A DNA stretch of 62,342 nt, the filler included, from Stramenopiles sp. TOSAG23-6 (taxonomy: Eukaryota), in NCBI GenBank assembly GCA_900128565.1. It is 32 parts of 32 records of this genome, joined end to end, with 100 filler letters (N's around TTAATTAATTAA, not from the genome) between each part and the next. Parts side by side here need not be neighbours in the genome. Positions count along the whole stretch, not along the records: positions 9,805 to 11,664 come from LT638514.1; positions 11,765 to 13,624 come from LT638515.1; positions 13,725 to 15,584 come from LT638516.1; positions 15,685 to 17,544 come from LT638517.1; positions 17,645 to 19,503 come from LT638518.1; positions 19,604 to 21,462 come from LT638519.1; positions 21,563 to 23,417 come from LT638520.1; positions 23,518 to 25,371 come from LT638521.1; 24 more parts are not named here. One strand, written 5' to 3'. This document shows, one piece after another, positions 10,701-24,501 of the stretch. Within the stretch, counting starts at the first letter, position 1; each line of letters opens with the position of its first letter. The translations under genes were made by a program, and so were the position numbers. The notes beneath the pieces are model-generated. The model saw nothing but the letters and a program-made list of their open reading frames with translations, was not told where the DNA came from and ran no database searches.

Positions 10701-13700
10701 CCATATCTTTTAAAATCTTTAGGTACGAAATATACTACGAAAGTTAATAATAATTATCATAAAAAAGAAAAAACACAAAAATCAAATTCTTTACATAAAA
10801 ATAGTAGTACCAAAACAGATGCTTATGAAGAAGGAAGTGTTTCTTCCTTCAAAGAATATTCCATTAATAATGAGTTACATAATATTGAACACAATATTGA
10901 GCATGTTGTTGGAGCTGCTACTTATAGACTTGAAAATGGCTTACAAAATATTGAACATGCCGTTGGAGTAGAAGCTCATAAACTTAAGAATGAGTTACAT
11001 AATATTGAACATAATATTAAACATGCCGTTGGAGCAGAAGCTCATAAAGCTAAGAATGAAATACATAGTATTGAATATAATATTGAACATGCTATTAGAG
11101 CTGATGCTCATAAAATCAATAAAGATTTACATAGTATTGAACATACTGTTGGAGCTGAAGCTCATAAAATAAATAAAGCTGCGCATAATATTGAACATAG
11201 TATTGAACATGCTGCGTCAGTAGAAGCTCATAAAATGAATAAAGATTTACATAATATTGAACATGCTGCGTCAGTAGAAGCTCATAAAGCTAAGAATGAA
11301 ATACATAATATTGAACATGCGACATCAGTAGAAGCTCATAAAATCAGTAAAGGTTTCCATCATTTTTTTCATTCGATTTCGACTAAAGCGCAAAAACTTC
11401 ATAAAGAAATGCATAGCATTGAACATAATATTGAACATAATATTGAAGCAGAAGCTCATAAAATCAATAAAGATGTGCATAATATTGAGCATGCCGTTGG
11501 GGCAGAAGCTCATAAAGCTAAGAATGAGTTACATAATATTGAACATGCCGTTGGAACAGAAGCTCATAGAGCTAAGAATGAGTTACATAATATTGAACAC
11601 AATATTGGACATGCCGTTGGGGCAGAAGCTCATAAAGCTAAGAATGAAATACATAATATTGAACNNNNNNNNNNNNNNNNNNNNNNNNNNNNNNNNNNNN
11701 NNNNNNNNTTAATTAATTAANNNNNNNNNNNNNNNNNNNNNNNNNNNNNNNNNNNNNNNNNNNNAATTTTGTACCTAACATTTTTTTTTTTTTTTTGAAA
11801 TATTTTTCCAAAATACATGTCTGGAATATCAGAGTTTGTTATTTCAACAGGTTTGTCGAAACGTACCTCAGCAAAATATGCTATTAATATGTACCATACT
11901 TTATTTGAAAAGTGTGTACCTATTATAAAGGATACAAAAAATTATATCCATGAAGAAAATCAAAAAAATCAAAAAAATCAAAAAAATCAAAATTACTTTT
12001 TCATACATTCCGTATACGAAATATGTTATGTAATTACTCAACATACAACAAAAAAGTGTTTTCCAACATTTCAAGCATTGTACCATCATCTAATCAATAC
12101 AGCAGTCTGTGCCTGTACCGAATTGTTGAGTACAAATCCATCATATGTATGTTTTTTAAAATTTTTTTTACAAAAAAAATCGAATTTTTTTTTTATAGTA
12201 AATTTTGTACCTAACAAATTTTTTAAGATTTTTTTTTGAAATATTTTTCTAAAATACATCATACATCATATAAATCCATACAATCCTTGCGTACACCTAA
12301 TACATCTTTACCATCTTTACAATCGGAATTTTCATTGAATAACAATATAGACATAAAGTATATATATGCAATGTCAATTGTAATTACGGTACGTATGTAT
12401 GTTTTATTTTTTTGAAAATTTGAATTTTTTTTTTTTAATTTCCGTACGGAATTTTGTACCTAACGACTTTTTTTTAGATTTTTTTTTGAAATATTTTTCC
12501 AAAATACATTTTATGTGATATCGATACTAAAACACGAAATGAGCATAATGACCAGATTAATAATATTATTATAAAAGTTACTGGCTACACCATCAATGAT
12601 GGGTTTTCGATATATAACAAATATTTACTTCAGATAGCTTCCAATGCTGAAATAAATAGTCCATATCTTTTAAAATCTTTAGGTACGAAATATACTACGA
12701 AAGTTAATAATAATTATCATAAAAAAGAAAAAACACAAAAATCAAATTCTTTACATAAAAATAGTAGTACCAAAACAGATGCTTATGAAGAAGGAAGTGT
12801 TTCTTCCTTCAAAGAATATTCCATTAATAATGAGTTACATAATATTGAACACAATATTGAGCATGTTGTTGGAGCTGCTACTTATAGACTTGAAAATGGC
12901 TTACAAAATATTGAACATGCCGTTGGAGTAGAAGCTCATAAACTTAAGAATGAGTTACATAATATTGAACATAATATTAAACATGCCGTTGGAGCAGAAG
13001 CTCATAAAGCTAAGAATGAAATACATAGTATTGAATATAATATTGAACATGCTATTAGAGCTGATGCTCATAAAATCAATAAAGATTTACATAGTATTGA
13101 ACATACTGTTGGAGCTGAAGCTCATAAAATAAATAAAGCTGCGCATAATATTGAACATAGTATTGAACATGCTGCGTCAGTAGAAGCTCATAAAATGAAT
13201 AAAGATTTACATAATATTGAACATGCTGCGTCAGTAGAAGCTCATAAAGCTAAGAATGAAATACATAATATTGAACATGCGACATCAGTAGAAGCTCATA
13301 AAATCAGTAAAGGTTTCCATCATTTTTTTCATTCGATTTCGACTAAAGCGCAAAAACTTCATAAAGAAATGCATAGCATTGAACATAATATTGAACATAA
13401 TATTGAAGCAGAAGCTCATAAAATCAATAAAGATGTGCATAATATTGAGCATGCCGTTGGGGCAGAAGCTCATAAAGCTAAGAATGAGTTACATAATATT
13501 GAACATGCCGTTGGAACAGAAGCTCATAGAGCTAAGAATGAGTTACATAATATTGAACACAATATTGGACATGCCGTTGGGGCAGAAGCTCATAAAGCTA
13601 AGAATGAAATACATAATATTGAACNNNNNNNNNNNNNNNNNNNNNNNNNNNNNNNNNNNNNNNNNNNNTTAATTAATTAANNNNNNNNNNNNNNNNNNNN

Positions 13701-15684
13701 NNNNNNNNNNNNNNNNNNNNNNNNAATTTTGTACCTAACATTTTTTTTTTTTTTTTGAAATATTTTTCCAAAATACATGTCTGGAATATCAGAGTTTGTT
13801 ATTTCAACAGGTTTGTCGAAACGTACCTCAGCAAAATATGCTATTAATATGTACCATACTTTATTTGAAAAGTGTGTACCTATTATAAAGGATACAAAAA
13901 ATTATATCCATGAAGAAAATCAAAAAAATCAAAAAAATCAAAAAAATCAAAATTACTTTTTCATACATTCCGTATACGAAATATGTTATGTAATTACTCA
14001 ACATACAACAAAAAAGTGTTTTCCAACATTTCAAGCATTGTACCATCATCTAATCAATACAGCAGTCTGTGCCTGTACCGAATTGTTGAGTACAAATCCA
14101 TCATATGTATGTTTTTTAAAATTTTTTTTACAAAAAAAATCGAATTTTTTTTTTATAGTAAATTTTGTACCTAACAAATTTTTTAAGATTTTTTTTTGAA
14201 ATATTTTTCTAAAATACATCATACATCATATAAATCCATACAATCCTTGCGTACACCTAATACATCTTTACCATCTTTACAATCGGAATTTTCATTGAAT
14301 AACAATATAGACATAAAGTATATATATGCAATGTCAATTGTAATTACGGTACGTATGTATGTTTTATTTTTTTGAAAATTTNAATTTTTTTTTTTTAATT
14401 TCCGTACGGAATTTTGTACCTAACGACTTTTTTTTAGATTTTTTTTTGAAATATTTTTCCAAAATACATTTTATGTGATATCGATACTAAAACACGAAAT
14501 GAGCATAATGACCAGATTAATAATATTATTATAAAAGTTACTGGCTACACCATCAATGATGGGTTTTCGATATATAACAAATATTTACTTCAGATAGCTT
14601 CCAATGCTGAAATAAATAGTCCATATCTTTTAAAATCTTTAGGTACGAAATATACTACGAAAGTTAATAATAATTATCATAAAAAAGAAAAAACACAAAA
14701 ATCAAATTCTTTACATAAAAATAGTAGTACCAAAACAGATGCTTATGAAGAAGGAAGTGTTTCTTCCTTCAAAGAATATTCCATTAATAATGAGTTACAT
14801 AATATTGAACACAATATTGAGCATGTTGTTGGAGCTGCTACTTATAGACTTGAAAATGGCTTACAAAATATTGAACATGCCGTTGGAGTAGAAGCTCATA
14901 AACTTAAGAATGAGTTACATAATATTGAACATAATATTAAACATGCCGTTGGAGCAGAAGCTCATAAAGCTAAGAATGAAATACATAGTATTGAATATAA
15001 TATTGAACATGCTATTAGAGCTGATGCTCATAAAATCAATAAAGATTTACATAGTATTGAACATACTGTTGGAGCTGAAGCTCATAAAATAAATAAAGCT
15101 GCGCATAATATTGAACATAGTATTGAACATGCTGCGTCAGTAGAAGCTCATAAAATGAATAAAGATTTACATAATATTGAACATGCTGCGTCAGTAGAAG
15201 CTCATAAAGCTAAGAATGAAATACATAATATTGAACATGCGACATCAGTAGAAGCTCATAAAATCAGTAAAGGTTTCCATCATTTTTTTCATTCGATTTC
15301 GACTAAAGCGCAAAAACTTCATAAAGAAATGCATAGCATTGAACATAATATTGAACATAATATTGAAGCAGAAGCTCATAAAATCAATAAAGATGTGCAT
15401 AATATTGAGCATGCCGTTGGGGCAGAAGCTCATAAAGCTAAGAATGAGTTACATAATATTGAACATGCCGTTGGAACAGAAGCTCATAGAGCTAAGAATG
15501 AGTTACATAATATTGAACACAATATTGGACATGCCGTTGGGGCAGAAGCTCATAAAGCTAAGAATGAAATACATAATATTGAACNNNNNNNNNNNNNNNN
15601 NNNNNNNNNNNNNNNNNNNNNNNNNNNNTTAATTAATTAANNNNNNNNNNNNNNNNNNNNNNNNNNNNNNNNNNNNNNNNNNNN

Positions 15685-17286
15685 AGACGAAGGCCTACAG
15701 GCACGTCTTGAAGAACGTACCAAAACTATTCAACCTGGAAGTACATGTGCTTACATATACACATCTGGTACCACAGGTCAACCAAAAGCTGTAATGATGT
15801 CACATGATAACATTATATTCGAAGCTCGTTCCGCTGACAACTCACTTGAAATTTTTGGCTTTAGTGGTGAAGAAAGAATTATTTCTTATCTCCCTCTTTC
15901 CCATGTCGCAGGCATGCTCCTTGATATTGTATTTCCTATTGCATGTACAGCATTTAAACCTGATGGATGGTTTAGTACCAATTTTGCTCGTCCGTATGAT
16001 TTGAAAATTTGTTCCTCGTGTTTGGGAAAAGTTTGCAGAAAAGATGCAAGAAATTGGTGCTGCCATTAGAGCCAAAGGTGGTTTAAAACCTATGATATCC
16101 TCTTGGGCAAAGGGAAAATTGCTTTACAATGCAAGAGAGTCTACTTTGGGTGGTTCTGGTAGTAGAGCATGGGGTCATTCTGTTGCATCCTATATTATGG
16201 GTAAAGCAAAAGCTGGTCTTGGACTTGATCAAATGAAGTTTGCTTTGACTGGCGCAGCTCCAATTAAAATTGAAACTCTTGAGTATTTTGGACAACTTGG
16301 TATTTGCATTAATGAGGTATATGGAATGTCAGAATGTGCCGGTGCTTCGACGTTTTCTACTGATCATGTACGTTTTCATCTTTCATTTTTTACCAATTTC
16401 GAATTTCTTTTGGTACGAAGTTTTGTACCTAACGAATTTTACAATGAAAAATTGTTTCACAATACATGCTCACGTATGGGGATCTTGTGGTTTTCCAATG
16501 CCAGGTGTTGAAGTAAAGATTTTCAAAACATCTGATTCTGGTAAATCTGGCGAATTAGTCGAATGTCCTCGAGCTACTAATTTCAAGAATGTGACGGAAG
16601 AGCAGCAAGGAGAGATTTGTTTTCGTGGTCGAAATACAATGAGTGGCTATATGGCTAATCCAGAACTTGGCGAAGAACATGTTGCTACTATACGACAGAA
16701 GAACATTGATGCTGTTGACGAAGATGGCTGGATTCATTCTGGTGATATGGGTTGTATGAGTGACACTGGATTTGTAAAAATTACTGGCCGTTACAAAGAA
16801 CTAATTATCACTGCTGGTGGTGAGAACGTTGCTCCTGTTCCAATTGAAGATGAAGTCAAGAGAAACTGCCCAGCTGTATCAAACATTGTCATGGTTGGTG
16901 ATAAACGGAAATTCAATATTGCTCTTGTTACCCTTAAAGCGTACGGTACTGGTGAGGAACCTGGAGGTCAAGATTTGGAAAAAGCAGCTGCATTGCATGG
17001 TTGTAAAACTATTACTGATGCAATGGCTTCCAAAGATTACACTGATATGATCAAAAATGCCATCGTCAAAGCAAATAAGAATGGCGATGTTTGTCCTTCT
17101 AGTGCTTCACAAATTCAGAAATTTACTATTCTCCCCCACGACTTTTCTGTTTCTGGAGGTGAGCTCACTGCTACACTGAAAACGAAACGTAGTGTTGTTT
17201 CATCTATGAATAATTCTTCTATTGACCGTTGTTATGATGCTTCTGTGCCAAGAGCTCAAGCATTTGTCAGATACAAGGACGCATAG
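15685..17286 (+). CDS. Long-chain acyl-CoA ligase (bubblegum/ACSBG-like), C-terminal part; one intron and an apparent deletion/frameshift near 16005
   Basis: YIYTSGTTGQPK, SYLPLSHVAG, VPRVWEK, YGMSE, GWIHSGDMG and ITGRYKELIITAGGENVAP motifs. Confidence 0.92.
16368..16467 (+). other. Non-canonical GT-AT intron (100 nt)
   Basis: CAT|GTACGT...GTACCTAAC...CAATACAT|GCT joins TFSTDH to AHVWGSCGFP. The next AG (16503-16504) would delete the GSCG motif and shift the frame. Confidence 0.92.
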
Positions 17287-17644
17287 GCTTTAGCAAAGAA
17301 GATATTATCAACGTTGTGAATTTGTTTCGATAAAATTGGGTCAAAGATCCATGAAAACACTATTTGATCTCTATCTTAGTGATTAATTATTTTAAAATAT
17401 GTACAGCATAGTACATATTTTTTTATATCCATTCATAAAAGGTAGGTAATTCATTTATTTGTTACAGTAATAAAAATACTTTTCGTAATTTTTTGTTTTT
17501 GTTTTTCGCCGCGTTTCGACCACCTGCACGGCCCATTTCCCGAANNNNNNNNNNNNNNNNNNNNNNNNNNNNNNNNNNNNNNNNNNNNTTAATTAATTAA
17601 NNNNNNNNNNNNNNNNNNNNNNNNNNNNNNNNNNNNNNNNNNNN

Positions 17645-18189
17645 CATGCCCAGCAAATCATTATTGTCTTGTTGGTAAAGTCTGTAGTGCTACAGCAAAG
17701 GAATCAAAAAAGAAGATCATTGAAGCAAATATCAAAGCAGTATTTACCGATAAACAATATGATCCAAACGATCAAAAAGTTCTTGGTCAAATTGCACAGA
17801 TCATTGTGGATGAAGTAAAATTGAAAGGTCTTAGTGTTAAGGATGGTTCTGATGGAATTAGTTTTGGCCCAGGATCAATAGTTGCTCGTTTTATTGTTCA
17901 ACAAGAAGTGAATCTAGATGAAGAAGTTATACCTACAAAAGAAGATGTGCAGAAGACATTAAAGAATGAATTAGATTCCGCATCTGCTAAAGAGAAGTTT
18001 GAGGCTGTTGGATTTTCTTCACCGAGTGTGGCGGTAACAAACTATAATATTACTGAAAAAGTTCTTACGCCAAATGATGGTGATATCAACACTAATCATA
18101 TTTCTCATGCTTCCCTGAATTGTAATATAATCAGTCCTTTCATAGCGGCTTTAATTATGTTTAATATGTTATTTATACAATATATTTAG
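17645..18189 (+). CDS. C-terminal part of a surface protein with an SEA-like segment and hydrophobic tail (possible GPI or TM anchor)
   Basis: Open frame from the contig start, with FGPGSIVARF motif and a hydrophobic C-terminus. Confidence 0.5.
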
Positions 18190-18667
18190 TATGTAAATAT
18201 AGTGTAAAATATATCAAAAGAGATATTTGTTTTATTGAGATTGAGTGAAATATATCAAACGTTATCCTATATATTCTTTATTACTTTTTTTGTTTTTTTT
18301 GTTTTTAACTTGTTGATTTTTTTGTAATATATTCTTTTCATTACTTTTTTTGTAATATATTCTCGAATTCTTTTTCTTCGCAACCATTTAACAAAATGGA
18401 ATGCTTTGATATAACCACAAATGTACTAGTAATGATATTATACATTATGTCCTCTCGGGATCTCAGATCTCTCTACTCTAAAATGTTATAAAATGTTACA
18501 TTCGCGAGTTAAACATTATTTCAAACACGAAAACACGAAATCCAAGATTCAAAAGTTTTGTAACTTTGTAACGCTGTAACGTTTTCTCTCTCTCCCTCTC
18601 TCTCGCTGTTATATTAAAATCTTTCTGTGTATAATACGGAATCAAACCAAATTTTTAGCATTGTGCA

Positions 18668-19503
18668 ATGGGTCTCACACAATCTTTGACATCACCATTT
18701 AAACGGATTCAAGCGTATACACTCCAGGATGCAAAGGATTTGCGAGAGAGATACCGTGACAGTGACCTTGATTTTGGGATAAACGCTTCGGAACTCGCAA
18801 CACTTTTGGAGTCAAAAGACATTGAAGAGGCGAAACGCATGATCTTTGCTTTTACAGACAAAGCAATTGTATCTATCATCAATCTGATTGGTGGAGCAAT
18901 CGTATGTTGCAAAGGTGATTCCACAGAAAAAATGGCAGAACTATTTGACGTTATTGATTTTGATTCTGATGGGAAAATTTCCAAGGACGAGCTCGCATGT
19001 CTTTTAATTGCAACACAGTCCGGTGTTAGCAAGTTAACAGGAAAAGGTCGTTTAAACACTAATGAAGAAGTAAACATATATATAAAAGAAGCATTTGAAG
19101 ACGTTGGTACACAAAAAGATGCAAAGTTGCCTAAAGATTCGTTTATTAAATGGATGAAAACAAAAGTTTCCGCCAATGCAAGTGTAGATTCAGTTCAAAG
19201 AGCGTTTGGTTGTAGCGAGACAAAGGAATCAGAAAATAAATTTATGGACAAAGAAGACTCAGTGGAAAAGGTCAACGAAAACACAGATAACAATGTAGAA
19301 AATGTAGATGAAAAAGTAACTAATCAAAAAGATGAAGAAGTTTTGTTAGATGAGGAAAAGGGAGAGGAAGAAACCAAGCCAAAGAATGAAAAAATTGACA
19401 AAACGGAAAACGAAAAAACTCCTGAAGTAAAAGTAGAAGAAGCACCAAAGGTGGATGAAGCTGTTGAAAAACCTGAAGAAGTAGAAGCACCAAAGGTGGA
19501 TGA
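18668..19503 (+). CDS. EF-hand protein with MG start (possible myristoylation) and acidic tail; 3' partial
   Basis: MGLTQS start, canonical EF loop DFDSDGKISKDE and E/K-rich repeats. Confidence 0.8.
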
Positions 19504-21562
19504 NNNNNNNNNNNNNNNNNNNNNNNNNNNNNNNNNNNNNNNNNNNNTTAATTAATTAANNNNNNNNNNNNNNNNNNNNNNNNNNNNNNNNNNNNNNNNN
19601 NNNCATGCCCAGCAAATCATTATTGTCTTGTTGGTAAAGTCTGTAGTGCTACAGCAAAGGAATCAAAAAAGAAGATCATTGAAGCAAATATCAAAGCAGT
19701 ATTTACCGATAAACAATATGATCCAAACGATCAAAAAGTTCTTGGTCAAATTGCACAGATCATTGTGGATGAAGTAAAATTGAAAGGTCTTAGTGTTAAG
19801 GATGGTTCTGATGGAATTAGTTTTGGCCCAGGATCAATAGTTGCTCGTTTTATTGTTCAACAAGAAGTGAATCTAGATGAAGAAGTTATACCTACAAAAG
19901 AAGATGTGCAGAAGACATTAAAGAATGAATTAGATTCCGCATCTGCTAAAGAGAAGTTTGAGGCTGTTGGATTTTCTTCACCGAGTGTGGCGGTAACAAA
20001 CTATAATATTACTGAAAAAGTTCTTACGCCAAATGATGGTGATATCAACACTAATCATATTTCTCATGCTTCCCTGAATTGTAATATAATCAGTCCTTTC
20101 ATAGCGGCTTTAATTATGTTTAATATGTTATTTATACAATATATTTAGTATGTAAATATAGTGTAAAATATATCAAAAGAGATATTTGTTTTATTGAGAT
20201 TGAGTGAAATATATCAAACGTTATCCTATATATTCTTTATTACTTTTTTTGTTTTTTTTGTTTTTAACTTGTTGATTTTTTTGTAATATATTCTTTTCAT
20301 TACTTTTTTTGTAATATATTCTCGAATTCTTTTTCTTCGCAACCATTTAACAAAATGGAATGCTTTGATATAACCACAAATGTACTAGTAATGATATTAT
20401 ACATTATGTCCTCTCGGGATCTCAGATCTCTCTACTCTAAAATGTTATAAAATGTTACATTCGCGAGTTAAACATTATTTCAAACACGAAAACACGAAAT
20501 CCAAGATTCAAAAGTTTTGTAACTTTGTAACGCTGTAACGTTTTCTCTCTCTCCCTCTCTCTCGCTGTTATATTAAAATCTTTCTGTGTATAATACGGAA
20601 TCAAACCAAATTTTTAGCATTGTGCAATGGGTCTCACACAATCTTTGACATCACCATTTAAACGGATTCAAGCGTATACACTCCAGGATGCAAAGGATTT
20701 GCGAGAGAGATACCGTGACAGTGACCTTGATTTTGGGATAAACGCTTCGGAACTCGCAACACTTTTGGAGTCAAAAGACATTGAAGAGGCGAAACGCATG
20801 ATCTTTGCTTTTACAGACAAAGCAATTGTATCTATCATCAATCTGATTGGTGGAGCAATCGTATGTTGCAAAGGTGATTCCACAGAAAAAATGGCAGAAC
20901 TATTTGACGTTATTGATTTTGATTCTGATGGGAAAATTTCCAAGGACGAGCTCGCATGTCTTTTAATTGCAACACAGTCCGGTGTTAGCAAGTTAACAGG
21001 AAAAGGTCGTTTAAACACTAATGAAGAAGTAAACATATATATAAAAGAAGCATTTGAAGACGTTGGTACACAAAAAGATGCAAAGTTGCCTAAAGATTCG
21101 TTTATTAAATGGATGAAAACAAAAGTTTCCGCCAATGCAAGTGTAGATTCAGTTCAAAGAGCGTTTGGTTGTAGCGAGACAAAGGAATCAGAAAATAAAT
21201 TTATGGACAAAGAAGACTCAGTGGAAAAGGTCAACGAAAACACAGATAACAATGTAGAAAATGTAGATGAAAAAGTAACTAATCAAAAAGATGAAGAAGT
21301 TTTGTTAGATGAGGAAAAGGGAGAGGAAGAAACCAAGCCAAAGAATGAAAAAATTGACAAAACGGAAAACGAAAAAACTCCTGAAGTAAAAGTAGAAGAA
21401 GCACCAAAGGTGGATGAAGCTGTTGAAAAACCTGAAGAAGTAGAAGCACCAAAGGTGGATGANNNNNNNNNNNNNNNNNNNNNNNNNNNNNNNNNNNNNN
21501 NNNNNNTTAATTAATTAANNNNNNNNNNNNNNNNNNNNNNNNNNNNNNNNNNNNNNNNNNNN

Positions 21563-21619
21563 TAGGTACAAAATTTCGTATGAAAANAAATAAATTTGAA
21601 ATTCATGATGAAAACGTGC
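21563..21619 (-). other. Non-canonical intron with GC donor, truncated
   Basis: TAT|GCACGTTTTCATCATGAATTTC...GAAATTTTGTACCTA directly after HKAKNY. Confidence 0.8.
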
Positions 21620-22516
21620 ATAATTCTTCGCTTTATGACACTCATCNAACAGTAAACAGCCTGTAAANTCAGCAGCTTTACCAGCCTGATTCGTACACCA
21701 TTTTACAATGGCATTTAATCTAGACCCTGAAGATTTTGTGCCTTTTGAAATTAAAGTCGAATATGTACAATACAAAACACTGGCGCCACTACAATTAAGT
21801 CCAAACGCNTTTTTTCCAAGTTTATCTAATTCCTGACATCCATCAATTACCGATATACCTAATGCACCTAAGTCCCTAATATCNCGTATCGCATCATGAC
21901 GTAAAGGTTGCGATACAGAAAACCATATATGGCGGGAACGACCACGTGCTACATTGTCTAACACAATCGCTGCTAATTGTCTACCTTTTCCAACTCCCGT
22001 TCCGTCACCAATAAAAAAACCTGCGCGAGATCCATCAGCGAGAAAATGCCTATGACGATGACATGCATACGCAACTCCTTCGAGTTGAAGCTCACTAAGT
22101 TTACCAGCAGAAATGCAATCTTTAGGTAACGCATCAGGTAGGGGGTAAAAAGCACCAACAGAAGGCATTTTTACAGCCGAAAGAGTTGAAGCTTCTACAA
22201 TATCACCTGGATGGCGATGACCATAGTTTACAGAGCGACATTTATATTCCGCAAATACTTCCGACACAATACCTTCTTTTGCATTTTCTGCAACATTGAG
22301 CTCATTGAGAAACTCATCGTTTGTATCAAGACCTTTCGATGGGACAACATTTAAATCAGGCTTTGTAGTCGGTACATTTACTTGCAAAACACGTCGTGCA
22401 CCTGGTTCGAAAACAGGACAAATTAGACGGAGCCTCAAACCATCATGATTAAATTCATAAGATTGACCGCTTTCAATATCTGGAGGTATTGTAATCCGTA
22501 TGATGCGATACGTCAT
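21620..22516 (-). CDS. SBNO: Strawberry notch-family helicase-like protein, N-terminal exon
   Basis: HPGDIVEASTLSAV, LSELQLEGVAYAC, GFFIGDGTGVGKGRQLA and DECHKAKN motifs. Confidence 0.92.
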
Positions 22517-22756
22517 TTCTTTTACGAAGAAATCTCTCTTTGAAGAAAGGTACACTGAACTCCGAGACCTTCGTTGTGTTTGTTTATTCAGTGACCTTAA
22601 TTTTGACCCCGGTCAAAATTTTAGGGGTTCAATTGAAATTTGATACGGTAATACCCGTACAGGAGCATTCGCATTGTGTTGTTCGTGTGTTTCCGTGTGT
22701 TTTAATTTATTTACGTAAACTTTGAAGTAGTTGAACGAGAATTGCATTGAACGAAA

Positions 22757-23417
22757 ATGACGGAAATAAAGAAAAAGATGCCTAAGCCATACAAATGTAG
22801 AGCGATGTCATTCAGTTGTGGTTCGTTTAATTACAAACTTCCCGAACACCTCTCCACGACGCAGGCAGATAGTTTCCACATTCAATACGGTAAGAGTACT
22901 TTTAAGTTTCAGTGGTTCAGTCGAGACAGGGTATACAGAAAGGTCGAAGTTCGCTTTGATGATATTGCCGAATTTCGGATTATTAAAGCGACAGGTGGTG
23001 CAAATGAAATCTGTCCAACAACGCTTCAATTTCGTCTCTATGATGTAAATAAAACAAAAGTAACGTCACAGAAATGGAACGAAAGAAAATGGCTTGAGTC
23101 TTCAAAGACTGTTGCAAATGGTGCAACCCTTACTTGCGGTGTTCATACGATGATTTTCAGCCATAAGGGCGATAAAGCGAGAAAAGCAATCGATACACTA
23201 TTTGAGCACTTCCCTAATTTAGCCGCATTAGCAGAAGCTAATACGGGTCCTATTACTGGGAAAAATTTTGCAGTTCGACCAGTGGTCAAAAAACGTGTTT
23301 TGGACAACAATACAAAAGAAAACTCTGCACCAAAACCGAAGAAACCGCGCAAGAAAGCTGTCACAGCAAAATCGCTTGGACTTACACAAGAAGAGTTCAA
23401 TTCAATAAAGTTACCAC
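22757..23417 (+). CDS. Hypothetical protein, 3' partial
   Basis: Long ORF with an ATG start, divergent from SBNO. No family recognised. Confidence 0.6.
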
Positions 23418-23517
23418 NNNNNNNNNNNNNNNNNNNNNNNNNNNNNNNNNNNNNNNNNNNNTTAATTAATTAANNNNNNNNNNNNNNNNNNNNNNNNNNN
23501 NNNNNNNNNNNNNNNNN

Positions 23518-23656
23518 CTCTCCAGATTGGCCTCAAATGGGACGTAAAGCTACTGAACCATATTGTACTTCTCTGTGCTGGTCTCCTGACGGTCTTGTCC
23601 TCTTTTCCGGTTACACTGATTCCGTAATTCGTGTCTGGCAAGTGTCTGTGATTTAA
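23518..23656 (+). CDS. RACK1: RACK1 (G-beta-like) C-terminus
   Basis: [30 protein letters not shown] matches the RACK1 C-terminus. Confidence 0.85.
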
Positions 23657-23939
23657 GTAAATTTCTAGGAGTTTACTTGAAGTATGTATTGATTACATAT
23701 AATATTTTGCTACGTATGCTATAAATAGTGTGAATAGAGAAATATGTAACCAATAACTAAAGGTGAGTTGTAATGATTTTATGAATTCTCTGAATGGATT
23801 GCCATAGTTTGGTTTTTTGTATTATTAAATAACGCTAAAGAATTACTGTAAGTACTAGTATTATCGCGGAAAGAAGCGAAATAATAATTTTTTGAAGATT
23901 CACTTGAAGTACATCAAACGTATATAGATTCATAGGATA

Positions 23940-24411
23940 ATGGCTACAGAGTCAAAGGAAGGCGAAGCGCCTACAGATATCACAAAGTTGCCTGTTGAAC
24001 AACTTAACATGATAAAGAAACAGCTGGAAAATGAGATAAAAGCCTTAGCACAAAACTACCATGGTCTGCGCAGTGCAAAAGCACGTTTCACCGAGTCAAA
24101 AAAAGCGCTCGAGCCGTTTACACCTGAAAACAATGGCAAGTCATTGCTTGTGTCACTTTCTGAATCTTTATATGTTCCGGGCGTAATGAGTGACGTTAAA
24201 GAGGTCATGGTGGATATCGGAACTGGTTACTTTGTGTCCAAGTCAATTCCTGAGGCAAAAATATACTTTGAAAAGAAGAACAACTTCCTGAGTAGCCGAT
24301 TGAAGGAAGTGGAGAAAGTTTTGGTTGCCAAAAAAACAAAATGCGCAAAGTGTAGTGATGGTGATGCAAGGAAAGATAGCGGAAATGTCTCAGAGTCAGT
24401 CGCAACAATAA
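23940..24411 (+). CDS. PFDN5: Prefoldin subunit 5 (alpha type); +1 homopolymer frameshift near 24330
   Basis: LLVSLSESLYVPG..VMVDIGTGYFV motif. Removing one A gives AKKQNAQSVVMVMQGKIAEM..*. Confidence 0.88.
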
Positions 24412-24501
24412 AAACGAAATGATTTTCTTTTAATTCTTTTTATCTCTCCCATAAATACTATGTATTTGTACCAAATGTTATACTTTTTAATCATTATATA
24501 T

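Larger units (their letters stand above)
5885..15584 (+). repeat. Same 1860-bp contig present 5 times (5885, 7845, 9805, 11765, 13725)
   Basis: Identical sequence and endpoints (apart from a single n), separated by artificial spacers. This is assembly redundancy. Confidence 0.95.

Noticed and set aside
5885-15584. Apparent 5-copy tandem gene array
   Set aside because: The copies are identical, have identical truncated ends and are separated by artificial spacers. This is redundant contig output.
16366-16465. U12-type AT-AC intron interpretation
   Set aside because: There is no ATATCCTT donor or TCCTTAAC branch, and copies lacking the upstream AT favour a GT donor.
18709-19176. Antisense ORFs over real genes (this one and many others in the track)
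   Set aside because: They are shadow frames with no protein-like features.
24325-24340. Programmed frameshifting in PFDN5 (also frame breaks near 735, 16005, 45310 and 54950)
   Set aside because: Homopolymer or small-deletion errors in a low-quality assembly are more likely, and no shared signal was seen.
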